Assembly (NCBI RefSeq): GCF_964194025.1 | Contig: NC_134479.1 | Span: 35,402,001-35,466,000 of the forward strand | From: Convolutriloba macropyga | Taxonomy: Eukaryota | Direction: 5' to 3' | Length of the DNA stretch: 64,000 nucleotides | Shown here: piece after piece, positions 13,464-26,900 of the stretch | Layout of the letters: every line of letters begins with the position of its first letter | Position numbering within the stretch: position 1 is the first letter of the stretch | Program-made: the position numbers and the translations under genes | The notes under the pieces: generated by a model | Told to the model about the DNA's origin: nothing | The model's database searches: none | Seen by the model: the letters and a program-made list of their open reading frames with translations, nothing else

Positions 13464-13597
13464 TATTCTTGCAAATTGGCAGAAAACCTGATCGAATGCC
13501 CACACCCGCCGTTGCTAACTGACGAAACAATTGAGTCTTATTTGGAATCACGGTCGGCTTTGAACACAATCGGCCAGCAATTCAACTTCTCAGTCAA
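13464..13597 (+). CDS. DCST-like exon (YSCKLAENLIECPHPP...QQFNFSV); 3' boundary uncertain
   Basis: TTTTAG acceptor at 13463. The Cys spacing resembles the end of the DCST1 extracellular Cys-rich region. An in-frame stop at 13608 requires a donor before it. Confidence 0.6.
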
Positions 13598-14868
13598 GAA
13601 AGACTTCTAAACACACGCTCATACTTCAACCACGCTGAATTAACAATGCACGCGTAAGGGGAAAGAATTGAACTCATGACTGTCTCAATTGGCATACAAA
13701 TCGCATAACCTACAGAGTAAATAACGCAATTTTTGGGGGGCAAACGGCGTATTTTGTGTAAAATTAATCGATATTGTAAATTTGAAATATGAGCCAAGAT
13801 CAAATAAAATGGAACTGGAAAACCCATTTGAGCATATAGCCGACAGTTTGAAGAAACAATTTGGTGGATTAAAGGAATCCTTTGGCACTTTTCGGCTAAT
13901 TGTTGGGGCTCTTATTTACTGTGTTCAGATGTTCCATATATGGACTTTCGCTATGCTTGTTCGCAGACTCTGGATTTATGTCCGAAAATACAATGTTAAT
14001 ATCGAATTCGACAACAAGTACTTGGAGGATTATTTTCTTCGCATCGAGAAAAGGTAACAAGCGGTCAAGTTTAACTCAAATAAAATACGCAAAAATGCTG
14101 CTCAAATTGAATAAATGTCATATCGTTCGTATAATTTCGATCACACATCCATTCGGCTCGGGGAGAGAAAATGATTATTTTTTTTTGTACCAGCAGTAAC
14201 AATAGCCAGGCGTGCTACTTAATTTAGTCTTTAATTGCTCTTGAATGAAGGTCATAGCAATTATTGTAAACGTGTGTGTCTTCCCGTACTGAGCCTCCAG
14301 AGACCATCAGGCCTGATTCAGAAAAAAATCAGACAAGGTCCCAGGCCTGATTCAGAGTCTGATCATGTCAAATACAAGGCTGCTAAGAGAACACTCCAGA
14401 GTCGATCTCTGAGGTTTCTATTGACAGAGAAAAATCAAGATTTGGGGGTCTCTGCCCAGAGAAATCCCAAGTCTTGGGTCTCTCTGCCAAGAGAAGGTCC
14501 AAGTCTTGGGTCACTCTGTGCAGAGTACAACCAAGACTTGGTGACCCCTTGGCAGGCAAGACACAAGACTTGGGATTTCTCTTGGCAGAAAGGATCCAAG
14601 ACTTGATTTTTTCTGGACAGAGGGTTAGAATGGTACATTTTCTACGTTCATGGGCACTTTTAACATAAGTTTGAGTACCCTTATGTACAAATAAAGCACC
14701 AAATATGATTATGAATGCTATTTAAACAATGTTCGTGGCTCTTGGTAAGGTATGGTCACCTTTTCAAGGCCAAAGGGGTTCTTAAAAATACAAATTCAAT
14801 ACTCACTGTTGAAGAGAAATGAAGAGCTATAGCTAAAAAAAACCAATACAATACCGAACATTACATAT

Positions 14869-14934
<66 letters not shown>

Positions 14935-17900
14935 CAACATGCTAAAGCAAAAAAAAATGAGTTGGATTTTATGGATATAGGGGAACTTCGATTTGTAGTA
15001 ACGCTCGTAACGCTCGATATGAACAACTCCTTGACTAGCTTGAAAAAAAATATATTTTAAAAAAACATTTTAAAAAACAACGAAAAAATCTTTTGAAAAT
15101 CTAACTTTTCTCCTAAGCAAGCTAGGTCAAAAATTCTTTTTGACTTGGATCCCAGTGATATTGGGGAACTTCACCCCATGAATTTCTCAGTGGTGATTCT
15201 CTCATTGATTTTTCAGAACTTAGCGTTTTTGTTCTTCATTTATAACAATGATTGCAAAAATTATCAATTTTGAGAGATTGAGTTACTTAACAATCTGTGA
15301 AATTCAAAAATGTGCTTCTCTCTATATTAGGAACCAAATGAAAATCAGCTTATAATTCACCAACCGTTGATACAAAAAACACAAAGACTCAGAGGAGAAG
15401 ATATGCAACAAAAATCTTTGCTGAATTCTTGAAGTTGACAAAGTTTCAAAAATAACTTTTTACAGAAATTAGAACAGAATTAGTTTAACCGACCGCGAAT
15501 GAATTAAACTAATCTTTTCGTTTCGTTACTTTCTTAATAACTTTTGGGTTAAGTTTTAGATCTATTTATCAGCTGTGTAAGTTTTAAGGACTGTTTATTG
15601 TTTAAAAATGTCCACAATGTAATTTGATCCAGTTAATCGGCAAACGTTTTTTTTGAACTTCAGATTGCAGCTAATCTTTTTTTGAGACCTAATACATAAG
15701 CATGGGTAATATTTGGAAACAAATACTCAGTTTTTACTTCTATCATGGGGATATTTTGTATATCAGTGAACGTGAAGAGAAGAAACCGATTTTAAGACTT
15801 GGCTGAGAAACCCAAGACTTGGATTTTCTCTGCCCAGAGAGGCCCCAAGTCTTGGGGTGAAGTTCAAAAATTTCACCTGCAAATGGTTTTTTTGACAGAA
15901 AACGTATAATTGGGCACCAAATTTATATAAAAAAGTTGCCCTCATTAAATAAAAACTCGGGATCCTCATGATGTCAACCTTAACTCTGCTCAGAGAAACA
16001 CAAGACTTGGGGTCTGCGCTGCCCAGAAAAACCCAAGTCTTGGCCTCTCTCTGCCCAGAGATGTCTCAAGTCTTGGCTCCGCTAACCAAGTCTTGGAATC
16101 AAGACTTGGCCTTTTTTTATGCAAAATTTTTGCATGACAATTTTGACTTTTCGAGTGACTTTTACGCCCTTGACTTTTTGCGTTTCGCGTGATCTAAAAT
16201 TCCTTCTCAATTACAATTTCAAGCAGCTGAAATCAATTGGCGGCATTTTAATACTAAAAGTCAAATGAAAAGTGCGCCGAAACTGGTGCCGTTTTTTACT
16301 TTATAACTTAATAGTGGTATATGTTAACCTCTAATGTGGTTATTTGAAGCCCATTATTGAAGTTCTTAGTCCCATTTAGTCCCCCCCCCCGACTGAAGCA
16401 CTTTCTGTCGTTTGGAAAGTGGTTGCATAGCACAAATTATACACCCACTTAACACTTAATAACACATTAGTTTTTATAGAAAAAAAAACACAAACACGTA
16501 ATTTGAGTGATTTTTATTTAACGATGATGAATTTTATTACCATTAAAAAAAATGGCTGAACCACACATAATTTAATAAAGTCAACACTTCGGTCAAAATA
16601 AAATTCAAATTAAAAACCACGCAAATACTTCAAGTTGAATAAATTGAATAGTGTTTGTAATTTTGACCAGTCCGCTTTGTCCATTCGGTTTGGGAAAAGC
16701 AAAATTATTACAGTTTTAATGGGATCATTAACAATAACCATAGTAGCTGTACTGTTTATAATTCAGTCTTTTCGAGATGAATTGAATTGAATAAGTGCAG
16801 CTGGAAGTAGTGTAACTACTACTACTACGACTAATATGTGGTATGTGGCCACTTTCTAACGAAGTATGATCACATACCAAATATGCACTACAAGTTCAAT
16901 TAAAAAAACACGTGAAAAGCACGTTTTTCAAGTTTTTTATCAACAATTATAAAACGCTATCTTAGCCAACAAAGAACGCAAGATGACAGCCGACGAAACA
17001 ACACAAGATGAAAGCGATTTTAATGAAGTGCGAAGTAAAAGAAAAAGGTTCAGAAAACAAGCGCAAAATCCAATCACCAACGTTAGACCAATTGTTGTTT
17101 CTATTGATCCAAGGCCTTCACAACTACAGTTTGCAAGAGCAATCAGATCGAACTTTCCAGTGGTCAAAATAAAGCACATAAGAGAGTTGAAGAACAATAC
17201 CAATTTTTTTATTCAACCTGAGGACCTCGCTTCTAGAGAATGCCTAATGCTAACCGTAAACCTAACTCAAGCCTTTCCAAATGCCACTGTGAATGCCAGA
17301 AACACGCTTCCTAAGCCAAAAACCAAACCCAGTTTCGTAATTGTAAATGTCCATCACAGCATTAGTGTTGATGAGATAAAAGTTGAACTCCTAAACAACA
17401 ATGCAATGAATGTCAACAAAGTTACACGAATAACTAGTCGAACAACTGGCCAACCAACAAAATTGATTCGAGTCATAACTGATTCCAATAACCATGTTAG
17501 TGCAGCTCAGAAACATGGTGTAAAAATAGGTTGGCAGCTATACCGATGTGAAGCAAGCCGTGAACCACCTCTTGTAATGCAATGCTTCAAATGCCAACAA
17601 TTTGGTCACTCAGCAAAAGAATGCAGTAATGCTACTCGATGTCTTCGCTGCTCGCAGGAGCACAGTGTTAAAGAATGTAGTGTACAAAAAGAAAACGCTA
17701 AGTGTTCTAACTGTGGCGGTGCTCATGCGACAGTTTATCGCGGTTGTCCGGCCTATCAGCAGAAGCTAGCTGAGGCTTCAAGAAAGAGAAATGAGAATAA
17801 ATACTCTACTGCAGCGAAAAACTTGAAACCGCAAACCAACGTTGAAATGCCGCCACAAACTGAAAAAATAGCTGTTCTTATAGCCGAAGTCTTGAGCAAA

Positions 17901-20900
17901 ATACGAACAGTTCTAAATACCATGTCCTATAGTGATATAATAAACATTGTCTCTAACAGCGCCTCACGCATCTTCAATGAAAAAATTGATGGTCAAAAAA
18001 TACATGAGAGTATTAAGAGTGCAAATGCAATCCCTGTTAATTCAATGCCGCCTAACAACATATCAAACAGCCAAAACTTTAACCAAAATGGATAAGCTCA
18101 AAATCTTGCAATGGAACTGTCGAGGTCTAAACAACAAAATAAACGATCTCATTTTATTCTTAGCCGAAAATGACATAGACATAATTTGCGTGAATGAAGT
18201 GAAAAAATGGCAGAAAACCAGCCCTCTTCGTGATTATGTTGTTGCAACAGAAACTTATGCCAACAGTCATCATGGCTCTCTTATTTTAATAAAGAACAAC
18301 ATCTTCATAAAACCAAACAGAACAAGCTGAAAAAGAGAACGATTGCAGCGGGAAAACACTGGAAATACTAAAATTATGCATCACGCTACCGTATTTCGGA
18401 GACTTTTGGATAATATCTTTTTACAATTCACCTGGAAAACCACTCTCACTGGAAAAAGTATTCTCAGAATGTATGACAAATGTTTTTGTTTGTGGTGACT
18501 TCAACTCTCCCCACCAAGAATTAAACTGCTCCTATGATTCTGAAAACGGTGAGAAACTCCTGAATCTAATAGACAACGGTCATTTTAAACTGCTAAACAA
18601 CGGTCACCACACATATCAGTCGTTCGACGGAAAAAGTAAAAACATGCTCGATTTACACTTTTGCGATAGTACAGTTTTTAGGAATTTTAGTAATTTCGAA
18701 GTCTCAGAGGATCTGGGAAGTGGCCATAGAACCACAATCACAACGTTTAACCTCAAAATCAGCAAAAAATTTGAATTGAAATTGGAAATTGACTTCAGAC
18801 AATTCAGAGAAAACGCTATAAAATCGTATAGATCATCGGACCTTTGGCCTGCGCAGTATCCGGGAAAGGATGAACTAAATAAGTTTAGCAGCAATCTGGT
18901 TGAAATAATACACAAATCGTTGGAAGACTCCTATGTCAACAAAAACAAGATTCCCTAAAGTATTGAGACACAAAAATTGATAAAACTAAAAAGGAAAAAG
19001 CGAAGAGAACTCAAAAGTGCAGTTAACGATGAATTTAGGTCTCTAAAAACCGAGATAAATTATCTGCAGAAAAAAATCAAACGATCAATCAGGCAATCAG
19101 AAGAACAAAAAAGAGCTAAAATTTTGGCACGTGCAAGAGACAAGAGCTGCAAAGGTTTTTGGAGAGCAATAAAAGAACTAACAAATGACCACGAGTCAAA
19201 ACAAAAAACTTGCGACTATCCCGATTTAACATATAAAGAGTCGAAGGCAGTCACAGATCATGAGAAAAGCGAGCTTTTCAAACAACTCCTAAAAGGCACA
19301 ATGAAAAACCACACAACTGTACCAACAGAAATTGCCGAACACTACGAGAAAATCGAAAAAGAAACCAAAGCATTTCTAAGTACAAACGTCGACACCGAGG
19401 AACTTTGTATTGTGATTAAAACAAGGGAATTCGATGAAATAATGAGAGTATCGAGAAAGTGATGCCCAGGACCAGATAAAATCAGCTACAAAGTGCTCAG
19501 TGGGTTACCACGGAGTATAAAAGCCCTAGCCTGCCTCCTCATTTCTAGTTCAATTAACAACTCGTATGTTCCAGTAAATTGGAAAGAATCACAGATAACA
19601 ATGATACCAAAGCAAGATAAAGACAGATCAAAGGCTGAAAACTATCGACCTATTAGTCTTACAAATTGCCTGGCCAAAGTTTGCGAAACTGTTGTGAAAA
19701 ACATTGTCTTAGAACATTGCGAAAGTCTAAATGTATTTGGCGAAACTCAGAGCGCTTACAGGAAACATCGCTGTACCACGGACAATCTTATCAAACTCAC
19801 TCAGCACGTTAGTGAAGCTTTCCAATGGTCTGAAATGGTTGGTTTAGTTTGCTTGGATGTTGAAAAAGCATTTGATGCCGTATGGCGTCTAGGGTTGATC
19901 CACAAATTGAATTCAATTGAGCTGAAGATCCCAATCATTAAGTGGATAAATTCATTCTTGTCACAAAGGAACGTTTATGTAAAGATAAATACTACTGTTA
20001 GCGCCAGTTTCTGCCCGACAGCCGGTTTGCCCCAAGGCAGCGTAATTGCTCCCATTCTCTTCCTTATATACGTTAGCCGATTGCCAAAAATGAAAGCACA
20101 GATTTCACAGTTCGCTGACGATTTTGCCCTGTACTATAGATCTCGCTCAACACAACTAATTCAAAACAATCTGCAATCATCACTGAATAGCCTTATAGAC
20201 TGGTGTGACCACTTGAAAATTAAAATAAATCCTAACAAAACTCAGTACATGATTTTTATAAACCCACCTAAGAAAAAGTCTGAGCTCAATTTAAAAATAA
20301 AAGGCGCACCCGTCGGAAAAACACAAACGCTAAAGTTTCTGGGTATTACTCTCACTCCTCATCTCAGATGGAACGATCACTGCAATAACCTAATAAAGAG
20401 AGCAAATAGCAGGTTATTTCAACTGTGGAGACTCAGCAATCTAAACATCAACGAAGAGAGTCTTTTATTGGTATACAAATCTTGGATCCGGCCCCTTTTT
20501 TTGTACTCAAATGCCTGTTGGATTGACCAATCCCAAGCACTCATTAATAAAGTACAATGTGTCCAGAATAGAGCCTTGAGGATCTGCCTACGAAAACTTA
20601 GATTTTACAAGGTCCAAAAACTTCATGAAGACGCAAACATGCAAACAATTAGAGAAGTTCAGATTAAACTAGCAAATGGGTATATTAGTCGGGCAATTAA
20701 ACACAACACTCAGTCTGTAGTGGAACTAATTCACAAAAAAGGCAGTGCCCGCTTAATAATTGCAAAAGTACTCTCGATCACCTTCAATACTAAAAAAAAG
20801 AAATGACAAACTGGTGCACACCAGCCATCCGGCGTAGGTAGCAGCTCAAAACACTGATGAATGACAGAATGAGGATCGAGCCCCTGTACATCCGCAACTT

Positions 20901-23900
20901 CAAGGCCATAAATTGTTTTCCAAGAAAAATCGGCAGTCGGACTGACATCAGTGGAAAACTTGGGAATTGAATAAATAGGAATACGAAGACAAAAACGGGA
21001 AAACAAGGAAGTGCAACTTTATATTGAAATCTCAGCGAAAAACATCACACGATTTTAATGACTAGCAAACGAAATAAGACAAATTATTAGCCAGCAGCGC
21101 AGTTGTGAGGAGCAATGAACACGAAGATCTCTATACCTACAGCTACGGTTCGACTCCAACATTGTTTATTTATCACTATGCGATTTTGTTTTTTTTCATA
21201 TATCAGTCAAAGCGTTTATAACCTACAGCCAACTCAAAACGATTTAGTATAATTGTCGGAGCTAAGCCAATTGGCTCAGCGGAGAATTACGTATACACGT
21301 AACTAACAAATCGAACCGATAAGAGTTCGAAGCCGAGAAGTGTCACCTTCCTTTTAATTCCTTCTCTTACCTTTTATTTTGCACATAGGCGTCTTTTTAT
21401 CCGATCAGAAATATAATAAGTGTATGGCCAGCCAATCGCTTAGTCAATTCGGGGCCAGACACAACTTATTTTTAATCCACTTCATTCTTTTCATTCTATT
21501 CAGCCAGCCCCTCGCTTAGTAAATTCGGGGCTGAACAGATCACCAAAAACACCAAAACAAAAGCTAATTACGGCAATTATCAATTTAATCAAGCTTCGTT
21601 TCCTTTTGAAATCTTTAATTCAGTCTTTTTACCATCTATTTCATACTCCACTGAATTAAATTAAACAAGAGAAACACTTCATCATCTAGCTTTGTGCTGC
21701 GCGCGGTTTGGTTTCAGTGGTTTTATGGTTAGGTCAGCGTAGCACTTTTAATCAAGCACTTCTTATTTTTCGTCAGTTTTGATTTTTTTTTATTCACTTT
21801 CCTTTATGAATTTAAAACAAAGTTCATTTTAACTTTTTCAGTCCTTCCTTTTGGAACAGAAAATTTTAGCATTTGTTCTCCTTAGACTGACGACTATTAT
21901 ATTATACGAATTAGGATCATTTGTTTTATACTACCTATCTGCTTTAATTGGTTGGAAATTAATTCGTATTGCGATCGAAAAAGTATTGAAAATATGGGCC
22001 ATCAAACATGGAACTTAGCGCGGACAGCTAACTCGATGTTAACAATGCGAGCGTGGGTTCGAGACTCAGGATGAGCCAATTTCATCCGTCTCAATTTTTC
22101 AGACAATTCCAAACTGAGAACAATGAAACTATGATGCCAAACACCTCCAAAAACAGAAGAAAACGTAATGCAATGCACTAATATTGGTTAAAATTCTGAC
22201 ATCCACACAATGAGGTTCGAGTCCCACCAACGTCATCAAACACTTAATATCCTGAAATTTTTTTGTTTTGTTTTAATTAATTAACAGTACTTGTTACTTA
22301 CCTTGTGATAATGAAAGCTGCCGATCACACCATCTCCTACGAGGCTAGCCATGTATCCGATCCATTATTTTTTTGAAATGCCAAGTTCAGCCAGTAGAAG
22401 CCCTCCATGGTGCTTGAAATGGCTGAGTGCGCCGGATGCAAAAGAAGTCTTTGATACGACAGGAACAGAAACTCAGTTTTAACGAGAACTTTCTGCTTCA
22501 ATACTTCTTTTTAAACTGAAACTCTTTCTTAATATGTATTAAACTTCTTTTAACGAATGGCTGTACATAAATTGTGTAATTGTTGCTATCTTAGTCAACA
22601 AAGAAACTGAATTTTATACTATTATTTTGACTAAATGAGACTCTCGTTTGATTTAGTAAAATTATAGTAACAGCCGGGTCACCACTTCTGAGTAGTCATA
22701 CAAGGATCATATATGGTATCATACAAATCATAACGTATTTCCTAGTACGATCCTTGTATGATTACTAAGAAATCATACATGACTACTAGGAAATCATATA
22801 TGATCCTAGAATGAATAACAAGAATCATATATCTATTTTTCATTAATTTTTAAACCATTAATGTCTCTTAAAAATTTCACTCGTCAAGGACTCATGTGAC
22901 TCCCCGGCATCACTTTGTGATCCGCCAACAGACCCAAACGTACAATATCATTTACAAAGTTGGGCACGCAAGTATTGAGTAAGTCCAAATAGATAAATAA
23001 AGTTCTGATTTTCTTTGAAGCCAGCTTATACCTATAAATGCTCATTTATAAAAAGAATATTTGGAAAAATTTTTTCAGATAATTTCAAATTCGTTTTTTG
23101 AATGTATTTTTGTTGGAAAGTTTTTCTTTTTGCCCACACAAAAAATCAAATGTGGAATGCAAATGCGATATAATAAATTATTTTCCTCTGACTACATTAT
23201 ACCGAAATTTGTGAAACCAATCAATGTTTTATGTGTCATATATGACCTTGTATGATTTCCAGAAAATTTTTTCAACATAAAAAGACAATGAAAGATGTAC
23301 AGTTTTTATGTTTTGATTTTTTTCGTATGATCCTTGTATGATTTCTAGGAAATCATATATGACCTTGTATCCTCCCGTGACAGACCCTTCATCACCTTTT
23401 GTCACGGGTAGGGACTTCGCCACCCGATACGAGTCGTGCATAACGTTTTTTGACGGGTGGGGATGTCCCTACCCGTTACGAATTGTTCGTTAAATTTTGG
23501 CGGTGAGGAAAAAATTCAAAACATTTCAGTTTCGGTTGTGAAAAAACTTGTTGTCAAAAAAAGCTGCGGCGAATTCAATTTTGGGATCCATAAAGTTGCA
23601 TTTCAAAATTGAAAATTCTTAAACCTTTTTTTTAGTCATAAAAGACCATTCTGCGGTTTTTAAATTCAAATTTAAAAACTAACCTATGCGTATATGCGCG
23701 TGTGTGTGTTAGAGAGAATGCCAGGAAATTGCTAAATTGCAACAGTAAGAACAGTTTAACCCATTTTTTGGTGGTCCACATGTTGTAAATTTGTTAGTTT
23801 TCCCGGAGGAATACGCGCGCGCCGATAAAAAATGTAATAACTTTAAGTGCCAAGGCTCCAGGTGAATTATTGTGGCTGCTAGCCAAAGGAGTGCTATTGA

Positions 23901-26900
23901 CTTCAAAGTTAGCCTTAAAGGAGGAATAACTCCACAAAATAACTAAAAACTGTTGGTGAAACTGACCAAAGTAATAAGCGAAAGAATGTGAGATGTTGCA
24001 ACAATCACTGAAATAGTGTTATAAAATGTGTGGTGAAGCAATTAATATACATAAATGTTAAGATAGGAAAGTTAAACTAGAGAAAATTTTGTATTTTCGC
24101 GATAAAAAGGGTCCTTTTTGACAAAAGTACGCCTAAAATCTTCAATAAAAAGCAACTTGGCTATCCAAAAACTGTTGCCCATTGTTGATGAAAACGAAAA
24201 TAGGTCGTTAAATTTGGAAACCAAAGGTTTATGCGTATTTAAGCAAGTATAAACACGCACTTTGGTGTAAAATTTTGAGAAAATAAAAGAACATTGAGAA
24301 ATTCTTATCGGGAATAATTAGATAGGAAATGATTACTACTGCGTGTTGTGAACTATAGTTGACATTATGCATTTATTAAAAGCTAGCGCAGCTATTGTTT
24401 GAAAATATTTTATATTGCAACGAAACATTGTTACATACAACAAAAATATCAATAAAAACTTCTGGTTTATATAGTTTCGGGTGGTATCGGCCTCAATAAG
24501 GGCTCGATTGAAAATTTTTTTAGTAAAGTATTCTAAAGTAGCCTTCAATCTACCTAGACACTCAATCTTACAAATTGCGAAAACTTAAATTTAAGGAGTA
24601 CTAAAATAAGTGCAAACTATAGGGTGGGGTGCACTAGCAGAACAGATCCCTTTCCTCTGCTTCAACAGAAAATATAAATGATTCAGTTTTCAGGCTTTGA
24701 CATGTTTTGTATGATCTCTCAATGATTTCCAGGAGTGACTAACTATAGTTCATACAAGTCACATATGACCTAGTGTGATCACGTGATCACTAAGAGTCAT
24801 ATATGACTTAGTATGAATACTAAGAGTTTTGTATGATGAGCAACCCGTTTGTTTTGGAAGATGAGCATGTGCTATTCTGGGATTCATTTTGTATTTAATC
24901 TGGAAACGCGTTTTCCATTCGAAGTCGAATTGATCAGAATGAGATGGACAAAAAAATTTTGCGGTGACCCGTGATCGAACCAGGGACCTTTGGCCCTGAA
25001 ATTTAACAAACTCCCAACTGAGCTATCACGGCTGATCAACGACAGCGTTAGGCCATCAATATTAATAAAGCACTCGTTCCTTGTCAGCCTCAAACTTTTG
25101 ATCAGAACCAGTATTTCTGCTATTTGAATTGAAAAAGTGTTCACAAAGTTGTCGATGGCGGATATATAATCATAGAATCGTAGTTCCGCTTATTATCATT
25201 GTTTTTAGACAGCACAGGATTTTATCATTTCGGTTTGCATTTCAGTATTCTTTCAAATTTGCAAAAAAAATCTGATAGAATCAATTGTGTCATATTTGGA
25301 ATCGCGGTCGGCTTTTAACACAATCGGCAGTTAAATTTCTCAGTCATTCTCAGTCATACTATTCAACTTTTTAGCCTTCCTTTCATATACTTTTCTTATA
25401 GATCCGATGTAAATTTGACAGAAAATGAAATAGCTCGAATTGATTGCTTATCTTGGAATTATATTGTATTCTGAATGAAAAAAATGTTGAGCGGCAAAGC
25501 TGAATGATTAGTTATCAGGACTAATTGAGTGTCGAGCAATGCAATGATTATTCACAGGATAGTGGGTAATGCAGTTCAGAAAAGCTAATAGGAGAACCAT
25601 AATATCAAGACAGGTTTTAAACTGCTGAAACGAACGGGCGAAAGTGTTCCTTGTCTTTCATAGGCGAGCAGTTCTTACACCAATCGTTAATACATTTGTT
25701 TCAATTAAAAATAGATTTAGCTGATTGTGGTGCTGTTTGTGCGGTTTTAGAAGACAACGTGATAAGGAGATGTGCTTGTTTCCCCTGCGAGCTAACGAGA
25801 AACAACGTCTGCTTTCAATAACGCGACTTCTACCGACAAAAGACGAGTGTTCAAAACTTTTTGAAACAGGCATTATATTGGATCAAGGGGCTAATAAGCT
25901 GTAATAAAGAAACTTTTGCCCAGCAACAATAGCCTTACACAATTTCAATCAATTTCAAAAAATCAGAGGAAGACTTTTTCAACTCAGTTTGAGCAAATCA
26001 ACATCTTAACAACTGAACAACTGATTTTGCTCTAATTGAAAAGTCCTTTGTTTCTTGAGCGTTGGTCTTCATGGAAAAAAATTAAAAATTATTCAAATTT
26101 GTAAAAATGTCAGCAAGACACTCTTCCAGACCAGACACTCTCCCAGACTCTCGCAGACCAAGTCTGATTATAGTCCCAGATCAGTTTCGGCTGTAATCAG
26201 GTCATCTGATCAGTCAATTTACATGTGCAATTTGTTTGAGCTCATCGTGCTCTCAAAACTACCTCTGACCAGACCAATTACGGTTCTTTTTACGAGAGCA
26301 GAACTCAATTCTTTTTGTATTTTATGCTTTTATAGATCATGTTTCTGATGCAATTATCTATTATTCCAACATCCAAACTTATTCGGGGGTTAGGAACTTG
26401 CAATCCTACTTTTATTTTTTGCTAACCTGATAAAAAAGTGATATCCTTGGAGAGAGCTTGAAAAAAAGTTCATCAGTTGTTACTTATCCTGCCGCTTCAC
26501 GAAGTCATATCGCTACTAGGCTCAATTTTTTTCGTAACATTTACGTCCGTCTTTTTGTAAATTCTCCAGACAATTATTTTGGGGAATTTTTTTTTGCTTC
26601 TGATGAACCAAAAAGCGTCTGAGTCTAGAACTTAAGTCATATCAAAAATTTGACAAAAGTTACAGCTAAAAGGAAAGACATATTTAATTCTCTGAATCGA
26701 ATTGAGCTCTGTGCTTAGCAAATGATTTCTCAAATTATAACAAATGATTTCTCAAATTATAACAAATATTTTTTAAATATCGTTTGTTTTGCTCCTTTTA
26801 AAAGTGATGTCACAGCGAAAATAATCAGTCTATAAATTATAGCTCGCTCAAACAACAAAAACATTATAATTATCAGCAAAATTGAAACGTGGATTATTTT

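Larger units (their letters stand above)
16761..21560 (+). mobile_element. Near-full-length non-LTR retrotransposon (Jockey/I-group-like; no RNase H seen) with a disabled ORF2
   Basis: ORF1 followed by an overlapping APE-RT ORF2. Candidate 5' end ATTCAGTC at 16761. Hairpin plus A-rich end at about 21505-21560. Termini are approximate. Confidence 0.9.

Noticed and set aside
14235-16192. ORFs with repeated QDLG/PSLG peptides
   Set aside because: They are translations of the CCAAGTCTTGG repeat clusters and are open on both strands.
24960-25032. Functional opal-suppressor or selenocysteine tRNA
   Set aside because: Only 2 of 5 anticodon-stem pairs form, the D stem is broken, there is no long variable arm, and it clearly derives from tRNA-Phe.
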